A stretch of 64,000 nucleotides of DNA from Chiloscyllium plagiosum (taxonomy: Eukaryota). The first letter of the stretch is position 1; each line of letters starts with the position of its first letter. The position numbers and the translations under genes were made by a program. The stretch spans positions 15,456,589 to 15,520,588 of the forward strand of contig NC_057719.1 of assembly GCF_004010195.1 (NCBI RefSeq), in the 5' to 3' direction. Under the pieces are notes generated by a model. It made no database searches. It worked only from the letters and a program-made list of their open reading frames with translations, and was not told where the DNA came from. Below are positions 10,567-23,960 of this stretch, piece after piece.

Positions 10567-11272
10567 TGTTATGACACGGGGTATATCCTCCTGCTTAATT
10601 TAAACCAGCAACACAGAAAAGATTTATTACTTGCAGTAATCTGTGAAAATTCAAGAGACCAAGAACTATTTAAAGTACCAATTAACAACTTTTTTTCTTA
10701 AAGTATAACTGAGAATAATTAACTAACAACTATTTACACCTGCTTCCTCTAACCTATCTTTTACTTTCCTTTCTAGACTACTACTCAGATAAAACCCCTG
10801 ATTAAGTTTTACTCAAAAATTCAAATTTCGAAACCAGCCAGCTGTTAAGTCTTCTCTTTGCCAATTTGCTGTCCCAGTCGTTGTCGATGTTTTTCTCTCG
10901 CCAACTCCTTCTCTAGACAGGTACCTCTCAGACAGTTCTGGCTAGCAGTCTGCATCTGTTGATCTTTTGGCAGTTCTCCCCCAACTATTCAATTTTTCCC
11001 AGTCTTATACCTGCAAAGCATCGGGTTGTGTCATTGGCTTTTAATGTTGTCAATATACTAAATTCAAACTTGATTGGAGTTTAATTTTTTTTTGGAATAT
11101 AATTTAAGCTGATTGGCCTAATTCAAATTTGATTTTGTCTCCAGGCAACCAGCTACACTAGCTGCTGGACCAAAAGATTACATTATATCTTGTTCAGAAC
11201 ACTTGGTGCTGTCAGGTAGTTCTGCGAGCTTTTAACTTTCTTAAAGGTACAGTACACCACATCTTCATAACA
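10567..11272 (-). repeat. 5' LTR (706 bp)
   Basis: TG...CA ends with an 8-bp terminal inverted repeat; aligns with 6427-6975. Confidence 0.92.
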
Positions 11273-12075
11273 CTAAGCAACACCCTATTTCTTCACCCAT
11301 CATTGGTATGTAATGAAGCTATAAGGCCAGAATATTGTACCCAGAGAACCATCACTTGTCACATTCTACTGATTTTTATCCTTATTGTTGGTCTCTAATC
11401 TCTGGAACAATTATTGTTGCATATCAGATCATTCTCAGTCTATCTGCAACTTTATCAGATGATCAAAACAGCGTGCACCAACCTTTTTCCTGTTCTTCAG
11501 TGGTGTTGACCTTACTTGAATCCGTTTTAAATATACGTCATAGGCAGAGCTTCCCTTTGCATGCACCGGTATCACACAAAGGCCTCCTAAGGGCTCTGTC
11601 TATACCTACATTTAAAGAAATCTGCAACTGTAACTCAAATCTGAAAGAATGCAGTTGTACCTTTACTGGATTACAAGTAAATTTTCAATTTCATACAGGT
11701 TATTTAATTTATTTTACTGATTCTATTGCTTTAAATGCAATGTTCCTATGTTAAGCAATGATTGCTTGTCCAGAGTGTCAGCTGTCAGCTTATACTTCAT
11801 ATTTAGAATATCTGTCTTTCTGTGTACAGTAATAGGATTTGCTTTAGAATGACTTTCAGAGGGGGATTATTAATTATAAATGTCATGATTGAATACCATT
11901 CTTTTAAGAGATAAGGGCAAGATCCATTTGTTTATCTTCTGTCACAGTAATTGTATTGTTTGTGCTAAGAACTCATTTGACTTCAGAGAAAATTTAATTA
12001 GTTTAGATCAGCATATTTTATATGTGGTTTGGATCATTATGTTTTGCAGTAACATTGAACATTATTTTCTTACAG

Positions 12076-12138
12076 ATTGTAGTTATTATGCGAGGACTCC
12101 CTGGAAGTGGGAAGACACATGTTGCTAAACTCATTCGT
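12076..12138 (+). CDS. YLPM1: YLPM1 exon B, Walker A/P-loop
   Basis: ttttcttacAG / GTGAGT; 63 nt; IVVIMRGLPGSGKTHVAKLIR. Confidence 0.96.
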
Positions 12139-12189
12139 GTGAGTATAACCATCTGTCAACTTATTTGAAAGTTTACAGTTCTATCACGT

Positions 12190-13530
12190 CATAAATCATG
12201 GGCTGTGAGCATAATTGGCTTGTCAGCATTTATTATACACCCTTATTTGACCTTGATAAGGTGTGGTGATCTACCTTAAGTCACTGCAGTGAATTTCATG
12301 TACTTGTATCCAAAGGGAATTCCAGGATTTTGACCCAGTGACAGTGAAAGAACAGTTAATTAATTCTAAGTCAGAATGGTGTGTGAACTTGGAGAGGAAT
12401 AGCAGATGATGGTGTTCCCATGCATCTGCTTTCCTTGTCCTTCTAGGTGGTGGGGACCATGGGTTTCATAGGTATTGTTTGACGATGCTTGGTTGGTTCC
12501 TGCAGTGCATTGTGTAGATGGTACATACTTGTGCCACTTTGTGCTTCATTGATGAAGAGAGTGACTGTGGAAAGTTTAGGTGTCAATCAAGCTTTATCCT
12601 TGATGATTTTTGAGTTCTTGTGTTGTTGGAGCTTCACTCATCTAGGTTTGTGGAGATTATTCCATCACAATACTCCTAAGTTGTAGATGGTAGACAAGCA
12701 CTGTTGAGTGAGGAAGTTAGTTATTTGCCACAGACCTCCAGCATCAGACTTGATGTAGACACATTATTTATATTGTTCATTCTGTTCAGTATTTGATCAA
12801 TGGTAACCCCCAAGAATGTTGTTAGGAAGGATTCAGTGATGGTAATACCGTTGAATGTATTGGGCAAATGTTCGATTTTCATTTTTTCGTGATAGTCTTG
12901 TTTGACACAAATCTCATTTATCAGCACAAGTTTAGTTGTCCATGTTTTGCTGCACGAGAATATGGATTCCTTCACTGTCCAAGGAAGTGTGAAGTGTGCA
13001 ATCATCACCCCCACTACTCACCTAATGACATAGGAAGGTCATTGATGAAATGGCTGAAGGTGCTTGGGCCTAGGACACTGCCTTGAGTAATTTAAAGCTT
13101 TTGTGCCATAGTAGTAATTTCTTTACTCTTGGGCCAGCATAGCTGTTTTCAACCCCTGGCTACCCTAGACATGTGTCATATGTGTCTGAACAGGTTAAAT
13201 AAAAATATTTACCCTGAGGAATTATTGCAATGATATTGTGGGACAGAGGTGATTGACCTTGAGCAATCGCACCAGTTTTCTTGAGGTGTATATGTCATCA
13301 GAGAGCTTTCCTCTGATTTCCATTGATACCTGTTTCGTTAGAACTACTTAATGCCATGCTCAATGAAATGCAGTCTGTCAAGGGCAGTTGCTCTCAGTTG
13401 TGGAGTTCAGCTGTTTTGTCTGTGTTCAGACCAAAGATGTAGTGAGATCAGAAGCCCGATGACCCTAATATTAGCCAAAAGAGGCATCAATGAGCAGGTT
13501 ACTACTATACAAGTGTTACTTGCAAGTTTG
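12190..13530 (-). mobile_element. LINE fragment, same CR1/L2-group family as 4185-4860
   Basis: TFLGVTIDQILN; gggcctaggacactgccttgag is the reverse complement of PQGSVLGP. Confidence 0.75.
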
Positions 13531-13989
13531 TGTCTCAGCTACTGAGAAGAATGAATAGCTCTGTGCCATGCAAACCAAGAAGAGCCTAGCTAGTTGATGT
13601 CAACCGGAATGGACAATTTACTTTCGTCTCCGCATAGAGGCTTCTTCGATAGCAGATTCTGAGTATTCCAGCGTTCGTCATTTTAATATACTTTTCCCAA
13701 ACGGAAATTAATATGAGACGAACTTTGCCATGATTTTTACTTATTTTCTTCTAATCTATGACTTAGGTCATTTTTACTGGTTCCAAAAGTAAAGTGAGTT
13801 ATAAAACTTTTCACTTTTTTAAAAATGTGTGCGACACTAAATTGCTAGTCTATTCTATTCTTCAGCATTTCTGATTAGAAAAGGTGAGGCAGCATATCTG
13901 CCCTGTTTGTAATTCAGTTCTTACTTGGTGTATATGCTTGTACATGTGTTCCCTTTGATTGCACCTGAAAATGCGACATGAGTAGTGTT

Positions 13990-16900
13990 TTGATTACAGA
14001 AAGCATCACTGCTTTACTTAGAGAGGATATTCTGGGGGGATCGTCAAGTAACACTTTATAGGTGGAACTGAGAAATAAGAAAGGGGTAATCACCTTGATG
14101 GAATTGTACTGTTAGCCTCCCCAATTGTCATAAGAACTAGGAACAGGGATTGGCCATCTGGCCTTTTGAGCCTGCTCCACCATTCAGTAAGGTCATGGCT
14201 CATCTTTTTGTGGTCTCAGCTCCACTTACCCGCCCTTTCACCATATCCCTTAATTCCTTCATTGTTCAAAAAATTATTGATTTTAGCTTTAAAAACATTT
14301 ACTGAAGTAGCGTCAGCTACTTCACTGGGCAGGGAATTCCATAGGCTCACAACCCTCTGCGTGAATAAGTTCCTTCTCAATTCATTCCTAAATCTGCTCT
14401 GCCTAATTTTGAGGTTATGCCTTGTCCTTGTTTCACCTGCAAGTGGAAACATTCTCTCTCCATCTAACTTATCTATTCCCTTCATAATTTTATATGTTTC
14501 TATAAGATCTCCCCTCATTCTTCTAAATTCCAGTGAATGTAATCCCAGTCTACTCAGTCTCTCCTCATAAACCAATCCTGTCAACTCCGGAATCAACACA
14601 GTGAACTTCCTCTTCACCCCTCTAGGGCCAGTACATCCTTTCGCAAGTAAGGAGACTAAAGCTGCACGCAGAACTCCGGGTGTGGCATCACCAGCACCCT
14701 ATACAGCTGTAACATAATCTCCCTGCTTTTAAACGCAATCCCAACAGCAGTGAAGGACAAAATTCCATTTGCCTTCCCAATTACCTGTTGTACCTGCAGA
14801 CCAACCTTCTGTGATTCATGCACAAAGACACCCAGGTCCTCTGTATAGCAGCATGCTGTAACTTTTTACCATTTAAGTAATAGTCCTTTTTACTGTTACT
14901 CCTACCAAAATGCATGACTTTACATTTATTAACATTGTATTCCATCTGTGAGACCTTTGTCCACTCATTTAAAGTATCTATGTTCCTCTGCAGGAACTTG
15001 AGGAGCAAATATGGAGGGAGATCTCAGATATCTGTCAGAATAATGGGGGTTGTAATAGTAGAAGTTTTCAACTTTAGAGTGGGGCTGCCAGTGTGAAGGA
15101 CTTGGATGGGGAGAAATTTGTTGTGTGTTCAAGAAATGTTTCTTTATCAATATGCACTTACTAGAGAAGGAGCAGAACTTGGCCTTCTCTTAGGAAATAA
15201 GGCAGAGCAAGTGACTGCAGTATTAGTGGGGGAGCAGTTTGGGACCAGTGACCATAATCCTATTACTTTTAAAATAGTTGTGAAAAAGGATAAGCCTTGC
15301 ATAGAAGTTCTAAATTAAGGCCATGTTTTGCTCCTTCTGTAGTAGGTACATATTGATAAACAAGTCCAATTTGAAGGTACTAGACAGGAGCTTTCAAAAG
15401 TTAATTGGGGAGGCTCTTCACAGGTCAAGGAATGACTGGTGTGTGAGAGGTTTTCAAAAGTGAGATAACAAGAGTTTCGAGACTGCATGTTCCTGTTAGA
15501 GTGAAGGGCAAAAATGATAGGAGTAGGGAACGCTGGATGACTAGAGATAATGGGACTGTGGTCAACAGAAAGGAAGAGGTATATGTCAAGTATTAAACGT
15601 CTGGGATCAGGTGATTCCTTTGAGAAATATAGGGCTAAAGTATAGTACACTAAAGAGGGAAATGAAGAGGGCAAAAAAGGGATAATAGATTGCTTTGGTC
15701 GATAGGGTTAAGGAGAATCCAAATAGATTTTACAAGTATATTAAGGGTTACTAGGGAGAGAATAGGGCCCATTCAAGATCAATTAAGCCATCTATGTGTG
15801 GAACCATAGGAGATGGAAGAGATACTAAAGAGATAAAATATTTTGCATTGGTATTTCCTGTGGAGAAAGGTGAAGAAACTAGGGGAACTGAGAGAAATAA
15901 ATAATGATGTCATAAAAAGAGTCCTTATTACAGAAGAGGAAGTGCTGGAAGTCTGAACACACAAAGGTAATGAATCCTCAGGACCTGATCAAGTATATCC
16001 CAGGACATTGTGCAAAGCAAGGGAAGAAATTGTAGGGCCCCTAGCAGAGATATTTGTGTCATCGACAACCACGGGTGAGGTGTTGGAAGCCTGGAAGGTG
16101 ACCAATATTGTGCCATTATTTTAGAAAGGCAGCAATGAAAAGCCTAGAAACTATAGATCAGTGAGCCTGACATTAATGGTGGGTATGTTGTTGGAGGGGA
16201 TTCTGAGATAGGATTTGCATGCACTTGGAGAGGCAAAGACTGATTAGGGATAGTCAGCATGGCTTTGTACGTCGAAAATTGTGTCTCACAAATTGGATTG
16301 AGGTTTTTGAGAATGTGACCGATAGAACAGATGAGAACAGAGCAGTATGCTTTGTCTAAATGAGCTAGTTAGGCCGTTGACAAGGTTCTACATGGTTAAC
16401 TGTTTAGTAAGGTGAAATCACATGAGATCCAGGGAGAGCTCGCCAATTGAATACAAAATTGACTTGGCAGTAGGAGACAGATAGTTGTGTGTAGAGAGTT
16501 ATTTTCGGTCTAGAGGCCTGTGACCAGCCGAGTTTTTCAAAGATCAGAGCTGGACCCACTGTTGTTTGTAATTTATTTAAATGGATGAGAACATAGGAGG
16601 CATTGTTAGTAAATTTTCAGATGACACCAAACGTGGTGGTATAATGCACAATGAAGAAGGTTATTTAAGAGTACAACAGGATCTTGATCAGTTGGGCCAA
16701 GGAGTGACAAATAGAATTTAATTTACATAAATGCAAGGTGTTGTATTTTGTAGAACAAACTGGGCAGGATTTGGACAGTTAATGGTAGGTCCCTGTGAAG
16801 TATTGTCAGAGGGACCTTGGGATGCAGGTGCACAGTTCCTTAAAATCATGTCTAAGGTAAACAGGGTGATAAAGACGGCGTTTAGCACACTTGCCTTCAC

Positions 16901-17660
16901 TGGTCAGAGCATTGAGTATAGGAATTGGGACATCATGCCGCTGCTGTGCAGGGCACTGAAGAGGCCACTTTTGAAATACTGCATACAGTTCTGATTGTCC
17001 TGCTATAAGAGAGATGTTATTAAACTGGAAAGGGTGCAGAAAAGATTTACAAGGATGACTCTCAAATTCATGAAGCATTGCATATTTTAAATTGCAACAT
17101 TTAAAAGGCATCTGGATATTTGAATAGGAAGGGTTTAGAGGGATATGGTGCCAAGTCTGGCAATTGGAACGAGATTGGGTTGAGATAGCTGGTCGGCATG
17201 GACAAGTTGGACTGAAGGGTCTGTTTCCATGCTGTACATCTCTATGACTCTGTGTTGCTGGGACTGAGAGCTTTGAGCTATCCGAAGAGGCTGGATAGGC
17301 TGGGTCTTTTTTCCCTGACGTGTAGGACTTTGAGGTGAATTGTCAAAGTCTTATTCCGAGGGTAGGGGAGCCTAAAACCAGAGGGCATAGGTTTAAGAGG
17401 AAAGATTTAAAAGTGAGCTGAGGAGCAGTTTTATTTTCCACACAGGGTGGTGCATACATGGAATTTACTGCCAGAGAAAGTGATAGAGGCAGGTACAATT
17501 ACAACATTTAAAAGCCATTTGGACCGATACATGAGTAGGAAAGATTGAGGGAAATGGGCCAAAAGCAGACAACTGGGACTAGTTTGTTTTGGGAAACCTG
17601 GTTGGCATGGATGAATTGGACTGAAGAGTCTGTTTCTGTCCTGTATGACTCTGTGACTCT
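13990..17660 (+). mobile_element. Long degenerate CR1 ORF2 (endonuclease to RT to 3' tail), interrupted by other CR1 pieces (14130-14990; ~17085-17250)
   Basis: GTSDHNPITF, tcaggacctgatcaagtatatccc (SGPDQVYP), ttttcagatgacaccaaa (FSDDTK), tail ctgtatgactct. Confidence 0.85.
14130..14990 (-). mobile_element. CR1 3' fragment nested in a + strand CR1
   Basis: ORF 14216-14617 YEERLSRLGLHSLEFRRMRGDLIETYKIMKG..FTQRVVSLWNSLP. Confidence 0.9.
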
Positions 17661-17739
17661 AAATGTACTTTAAGGGATTGTCTTTGGGGAGTCTAGAGAT
17701 GAGTTTCTTGTCCCAGTGTCTGACTTGCCCTTTATCCAC

Positions 17740-19620
17740 TTTATTTACATGACTGAATCAGGCTGTGATGAATGATTATCATCATCACAGTTGATGTTAA
17801 TGATGGGGGATTGTGTGATTTTAATATTGAGATTCTCTCTGGTTAGAAGCAGTTATTGCCTGGCATTCCTATGGTTTGATATTATGAAGGTGTAGGTATG
17901 TGCTATATCTTTGAGAGAGACTGGAAGTTGGCATAGGCTTAGAGAGGCACACAGTGTGTTGAAAGAATTAGAATTTAATATTTGACTGCGAAACCAATCG
18001 TGCAGGTGAGTTGCCATGATACATGAACAAATTCAAATTTGGCCAAATTTTAAATTATGCCCCAGATACCAAAATCCAATCAAGTTTGAATTTAGTATTT
18101 TGACAACATCAAACTAGTGAAATGATCCAATGTTTTGGAGTATAAAACCAGACATATTGAACAGTTAGGGGGAGAACTACCAAGAAAACCAACAAGTATA
18201 GACTGCTTGCTGAATAGCTCTCTGAAAAGTACCTGTTCATATGAAAGACCTGTGAAGCAGAATACTGAAGAAAGGATGATAGATGAAAATCTACAGAGGA
18301 AGATATAAAGAGAAGATTCAACAGCTGGCTGGTTTTGAAATTTGAATTTATTTTGTAAATCCTAATTGGTGTTTTTATCAGACCAGTATTATAGAGTGGG
18401 CAAAGTGAAAGGAATTGTAAATAGCTGTTAAGAAATAAAATTGTTAAATAGTGACCTCTGGGATAGTTCTTTGCCTCTCAAAATTTAACAGATTATGGGG
18501 CAAGGTGAACTTCTCGGTGTGTCGGGTTTAAATTAGCAGAGGGGTTTACCCCATGTCGTGACACCTGGGTATGACTTTCTACTTAACAGCCCAAGCCTAA
18601 ATATTATCTAGGTCTTGCTGCATATGCAGAGTGGCTGCTTTAGTATCTGCAAAATTGCAAATGGTTCTGAATGCTGTACAGTCGTCATTGAATACCTCAC
18701 TTCTGACCTTATGATAAAGGAAGGTCATCAAAGCAGTTGAAAATGATTGCTGCTTGAACATTCCCCTTAGATACTCTGTCAGCGATGTCCAGGGACTGAG
18801 ATGAAGACCTCCAATTATCACAACCATCTTCATTTGTGCTCGGTTTGGTCTCAATCAGCAGAGAGTTTTCCTGTCTTCGTGTTGGCATCAAATTACCTAA
18901 GGCTTCTAGTGCCACATTGCATCAAGGGTATTCACATTAATTTGAAGTCAGTTATATTTCCATTTTTAGTCTAAGGTTTTATTGAGATCAGGAGCCAAGT
19001 GCTATTGGCAGAACACAAAGTGAGCATCTGTGAGTAGATTATTGCTATGTAAATTCCAATTGATAGTACAGTCAACAACTTCTTCCACCATTTTACTGAT
19101 GGTTGAAAGTAGATTTGGTATGGTATTTGATTTTATTGGATTTGTCCTTTTTGGGGATAGAACAATCTTCGGCAATTTTCCATGTTGAGGGGTCGACATC
19201 AGAGTTGCTAGTATACTGGGACATCTTTGCTGATGGAATGGCTAGTTTCTGGAGCATAAGCTTTCCATGCTAGTGCTAGGGTGTTGTCAGGACCTTTGAT
19301 GCCTTCAGTGCTTTCAGCTGTTTTTCGATATCATATGAAATGAATTGAATTGGCTGATGACTAGCATCTGTGATGTTGGGGATCTTGGGAGGAGGCCAGA
19401 GTGGATCATCCACTGATATTTCTGTCTGAAGATGGTTGCAAATATTTAAGCCTTATCTTTTGCACTGACGTATTGGCCTCCTCCATCATTGAGAATGGAG
19501 ATTTTTTATGGAGGCTCTTCTGCCAGCTTATTCTTTTATTGTTTGCCACCATTCATGACCGGATGTGGTAGGAGTGCAGTACTTACATCTGATTTGTTGA
19601 TCAAAGAATTGTTTGGCTCT
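17740..19620 (-). mobile_element. LINE fragment (CR1/L2 group) hosting a solo LTR
   Basis: LLSTISKMVEEVV..NNLLTDAHFVF; LHMQQDLDNI. Confidence 0.7.
17880..18563 (+). mobile_element. Solo LTR related to the 10567-11272 LTR, opposite orientation
   Basis: Begins tattatgaaggtgt (cf. TGTTATGAAGATGT), contains acagctggctggttttgaaatttgaattt, ends ccccatgtcgtgaca. Confidence 0.8.
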
Positions 19621-19823
19621 GTGTCTAAATACTAAAATCTCTCCAAAATAATTTCAAACTTTTGAATAGGAATTTCTGTTTTGACAAGTTCTGTTTTTTA
19701 ACTTCATCAAAGGTACAATATTGAATCGTGTTTGTCTTTAAAAGGTAGGTAATAAATTAGAACCATTTTGGAAAGTATCTTTTTGTGAACTTAAGTATTT
19801 ATGTCTCTGTGCTTATTTTTTAG

Positions 19824-19943
19824 GATAAGGAGGTGGAGTATGGAGGAGCTGCGCCACGCGTTCTCAGCCTGGATGATTACTTCATGACTGAGGTGGAAAA
19901 AGTAGTCAAAGACCCAGACAGTGGCAAGCGAATCAAAAAGAAG
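19824..19943 (+). CDS. YLPM1: YLPM1 exon C
   Basis: tttttAG / GTAAGC; 120 nt; DKEVEYGGAAPRVLSLDDYFMTEVEKVVKDPDSGKRIKKK. Confidence 0.96.
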
Positions 19944-20354
19944 GTAAGCATTGAGAAAATTAGTTATAACTATATTTTGTTTCAATCAGAACGAACCGTA
20001 CTGGAATCACTGATGGCACCAAGATATGCTTTTGATCTCTGAAGCTTGAAATTAAAAATCTCTTTCTAAATAAAAAGATATAAAAGAAAATTGTTGGCCA
20101 TGTGGTTTCCAAAATGAAAAAAGTTTCTTTGGTGAATGTGGGGCCACGGGACAAAACAGAAATTTGCAGATGGATTAGGTTATAGAAGTTGATAGATCTT
20201 TTACTTGAGAACTTGTATTTAAACAGCAGCTTCCATGATTTTATATGCATCATAGAAACTATAGCCATTGAACTATTCTGTAAATATAATGCCAAGATGA
20301 ACAAAGGTTTATAATCTCCAAGTTAAGAATTTTCTTGCATTTGCTCAGTGGCCG

Positions 20355-21345
20355 TAAGATGTAGGAGTAGAAGTCAGCCATTTATCCTATCAAGTCTGCT
20401 CCATTGTTCAGTGAAATCAGGCTGATCTGATAATGCTTACCTCCACTTTCTTGTCTTTTCCTTACAACCCTTGATTCCCTTACTGATTTTAAAAATTGCC
20501 TCTCTTGACCTCCAGCATACTTAACATCCTCCACAGCCCTCTGTGATAAGGAATTCAACAGATTCATAACCCTCAGAAGAAATTCGTCCTCACCTCTGTC
20601 TTAAATGTGCAATTCTTTATTCTGAGATTATGTCCTCTGATCCTAGACTCTATCACAAAGGGCAACAACCTCTCCATTTGTACCTATCAAGTCCTGCAAG
20701 AATCTTAATTGATTCATTCTTCTAAATTCCAATAAGTTCAAGCCAAACCTACTTGGCCTCATCTCAAAACTCAGCACCTCCATATCCAAAATCAGCCAAG
20801 TGAACCTTCTCTGAACTGTCTCAAGTGCCAGTAGATCTTTCCTTAGATAAGGCATGCAAAACTGTTCAGTGTTCCAGCTTTGGTTAGTTGAATGCCTTGT
20901 ATAGATTTTGCAAAACCTCCTTGCTTTTATATACTCCATTCAGAAACATAAAGGCCAACATTCCATTTGCCTTCCCTATTACGCATTGAACTTGGACAAT
21001 AACTTTGTGTGATTCATGCATGAGGACTCCCAAATCCTTGTTTTACAGCTTGCTTTCTGCAACCTTACTCCATTTAATTAATATTCAGCTCCTCCTCTTC
21101 ATAAAGTGCATAACATTTTTCTACATTATATTCCACCTGCCAAGTCTTTTGCCCACTTGGTTAAACTGTCTGTATCCCCCTGCAGACTCTGTGTTATCCT
21201 CACCACTTGCTTTCCCACCTACTTTTGTGTCTTCTGCAAACTAAGCTATAAGACATTGACTTCCCTCAGTCATCAATATATTTTAGAAATAATGGAGGCT
21301 CCAGAAGTTAATTCCTGTGGTATTCTACTAGTTTCAGGTTGTCAC
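20355..21345 (-). mobile_element. CR1 3' fragment
   Basis: PYLRKDLLALETVQRRFT..LEFRRM on the minus strand. Confidence 0.85.
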
Positions 21346-21617
21346 AAAAAAGTCAAAACAATAGCAGTTTAAAAGGGAGAAGAGCAGACAAAGGAAGCAC
21401 ATGGTGAGGACAATGCAGGAGAGAGAGAGAACCTGCATAGTTACCACCTTTGCTGTTTAAGTTTGTGTATCGCTGGACTTCGGAGTGCATCTGGGAAAAT
21501 TAACAAACAGTGAAATTCTGCCAGAGGATGTGGTGGAGGCTGGTGCAATTGTAACATTTAAGAGGCATTTGGATGGGTATATGAATAGGAAGGGTTTGGA
21601 GAGATATGGGCTAGGTG

Positions 21618-22959
21618 TATATGGGCTTTGTGTATTGAGTCGGAAGAGATAGGAGAGGTCTTGAACAAGTACTTCTCTTCAGTATTTACGAACGAGAGGG
21701 ACCGTATTGTAGAAGAGGAGAGTGTGAAATGGACTGGTAAGCTAGAAGAGATACCTGTTAGGAAGGAAGATGTGTTGGACATTTTGAACAACTTGAGGAT
21801 AGACAAGTCCCCCGGGCCTGACGGGATATATCCTAGGATTATGTGGGAAGCAAGAGAGGAAAGTGCAGTACCGTTGGCAATGATCTTCTCGTCATCACTG
21901 GCAACGGGGGTGGTACCAGGGGACTGGAGAGTAGTTGAAGTCAGAGAGTGGTGGTAGATGGTAAATATTCAGCCTGGAGCCCAGTTACAAGTGGAGTTCC
22001 GCAGGGATCAGTTCTGGGTCCTCTGCTGTTTGTAATTTTTGTTCATGACTTAGATGAGGGAGTCGAAGGGTGGGTCAGTAAATTTGCAGATGATACGAAG
22101 ATAGGTGGAGTTGTGGACAGTGAGGAGGGCTGTTGTCGGCTGCAGAGGGACTTAGATATGATGCAGAGCTGGGCTGAGGAGTGTCAGATGGAGTTCAACC
22201 CTGCCAAGTGTGAGGTTGTCCATTTTGGAAGAACAAATAAGAATGCGGAATACAGGGTTAATGGTAGGGTTCTTAGTCAGGTGGAGGAACAGAGGGATCT
22301 TGGGGTCTATGTACATAGATCTTTGAAGGTTGCCACTCAGGTGGATAGAGTTTGTAAGAAGGCCTATGGAGTATTATCGTTCATTAGCAGAGGGATTGAA
22401 TTCAAGAGTCGTGAAGTGATGTTGCAGCTGTACAGGACTTTGGTTAGGCCACAGTTGGAGTACTGTGTGCAGTTCTGGTCGCTTCACTTTAGGAAAGATG
22501 TGGAAGCTTTGGAGAGGGTTCAGAGAAGATTTACCAGGATGTTGCCTGGAATGGAGAGGAAGTCGTACGAGGCTAGGTTGAGAGTTCTCGGCCTTTTCTC
22601 GTTGGAACGGCGAAGGATGAGGGGTGAGTTGATAGAGGTTTATAAGATGATCAGAGGAATAGATAGAGTAGACAGTCAGAAACTTTTTCCCCGGGTACAA
22701 CAGAGTGTTACAAGGGGACATAAATTTAAGGTGAAGGGTGGAAGGTATAGGGGAGATGTCAGGGGTGGGTTCTTTACCCAGAGAGTGGTGGGGGCATGGG
22801 ATGCGCTGCCCGTGGGAGTGGTAGAGTCGGGATCATTGGCGACCTTTAAGCGGCATTTGGATAGGTACATGGATGGGTACTTAATCTAGGTTAGAAGTTC
22901 GGCACAACATCGTGGGCCGAAGGGCCTGTTCTGTGCTGTATTGTTCTATGTTCTATGTT
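21618..22959 (+). mobile_element. Young 5'-truncated CR1 with internal deletion, nested in another CR1 tail (~21517-23060)
   Basis: TSD ctaggtg at 21611-21617 and 22960-22966; ORFs 21628-21957 (KSPGPDGIYP) and 21948-22889 (GVPQGSVLGPLLF, FADD); (GTTCTAT)n tail. Confidence 0.93.
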
Positions 22960-23059
22960 CTAGGTGCTGGCAGGTGGGACTAGTTTGGGTTGGGATATCT
23001 GGTCGGCATGGACGGGTTGGACCGAAGGGTCTGTTTCTGTGCTGTACATCTCTATGACT

Positions 23060-23960
23060 CTAATCTCTTATCCCAACTGTCTTTCTTCTATGAGTTGGCC
23101 AGTCTTTGATATTTGCTAACATACTTTCTCCAAACCATAGACTCTTAACTTAAGTAACCTACTACACATTATCAAACCTTCTGGAAATCCAGATATATTA
23201 CATCCACTGCTTCCTCTTTATATATCCTGCTTGTTACTTCCTCAAAGAATTCTAATAAATTTGTCAGCCATGATTTCCTTTCATGAAGCCATGCTGACTC
23301 TGCTTGACCATATTGTATGTTTCTAGGTCCTCAGCTATTGCATCGGCTATAATATATCAACAGTTTCCTAATGGCACATTAAGCTAACTTACCTATAGTT
23401 ACCCAATTTTTGTATCCTGCCCTTTTTAAAAGAAATGTTTGGCAGTTTTCCAATCTGTGGAACCTTTCCAAAATCAAAGGAGACATGGAAGATTGCTACC
23501 AGTGCATGCAATATCTCTGTAGCTACTTTCTTTAATATCCTAGGATACGTCCCATAAGGACCAGGGAACTTATCAGTTTTTAGTTCCCCCAGCAATTTTT
23601 CTCTAGTGATGGTTATTTTATTTATTTCCTTGCTACCTCGTACCCCTTGATTAATTTTGGAATGCTATTAGTATCTTATCCCATGAAAACAGATGCCAAG
23701 TGTGATTCAACTCCTCTGCCATTTCCTGGTTCCATATTATTACTTCTCTAGCCATGTTGTCTAAGGGACCTATGCTCACTTTTTGTTGGTTTTTAAAACT
23801 TTCCCAATCTTCTGCTTACCACTAAACTTTGCCACATTTGTATGTTTTCTTTTCTTTCATTTTGAAGCTGTCCTTAACTTTCTGGTGAATTACGGTTGGC
23901 TTATTCCCTTCCAAGAATACTTGTTCCTCATGGGAAATAACTTTGCTGTGAGCCATGAGC
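23060..23960 (-). mobile_element. Degenerate CR1 ORF2 fragment
   Basis: DKFPGPYGTYPRILKKVA..KKGRIQKLGNYR. Confidence 0.8.

Larger units (their letters stand above)
6427..11272 (-). mobile_element. Gypsy/Ty3 LTR retrotransposon, Gmr1-like, degenerate and internally deleted
   Basis: 5' LTR 10567-11272 (TGTTATGA...TCATAACA), truncated 3' LTR 6427-6975, PBS, PPT, Gag with SCAN-like and CCHC remnants, protease tail (WNDLAGSKI), RT (LDLMRGYWQVPL..MPFGLKNA..YLVD) and RNase H (DASDVGIGSVLLQ..DALSRI*). Confidence 0.92.

Noticed and set aside
21948..22889. 313-aa ORF as a host or domesticated gene
   Set aside because: It is the RT C-terminus of a TSD-flanked CR1 copy.
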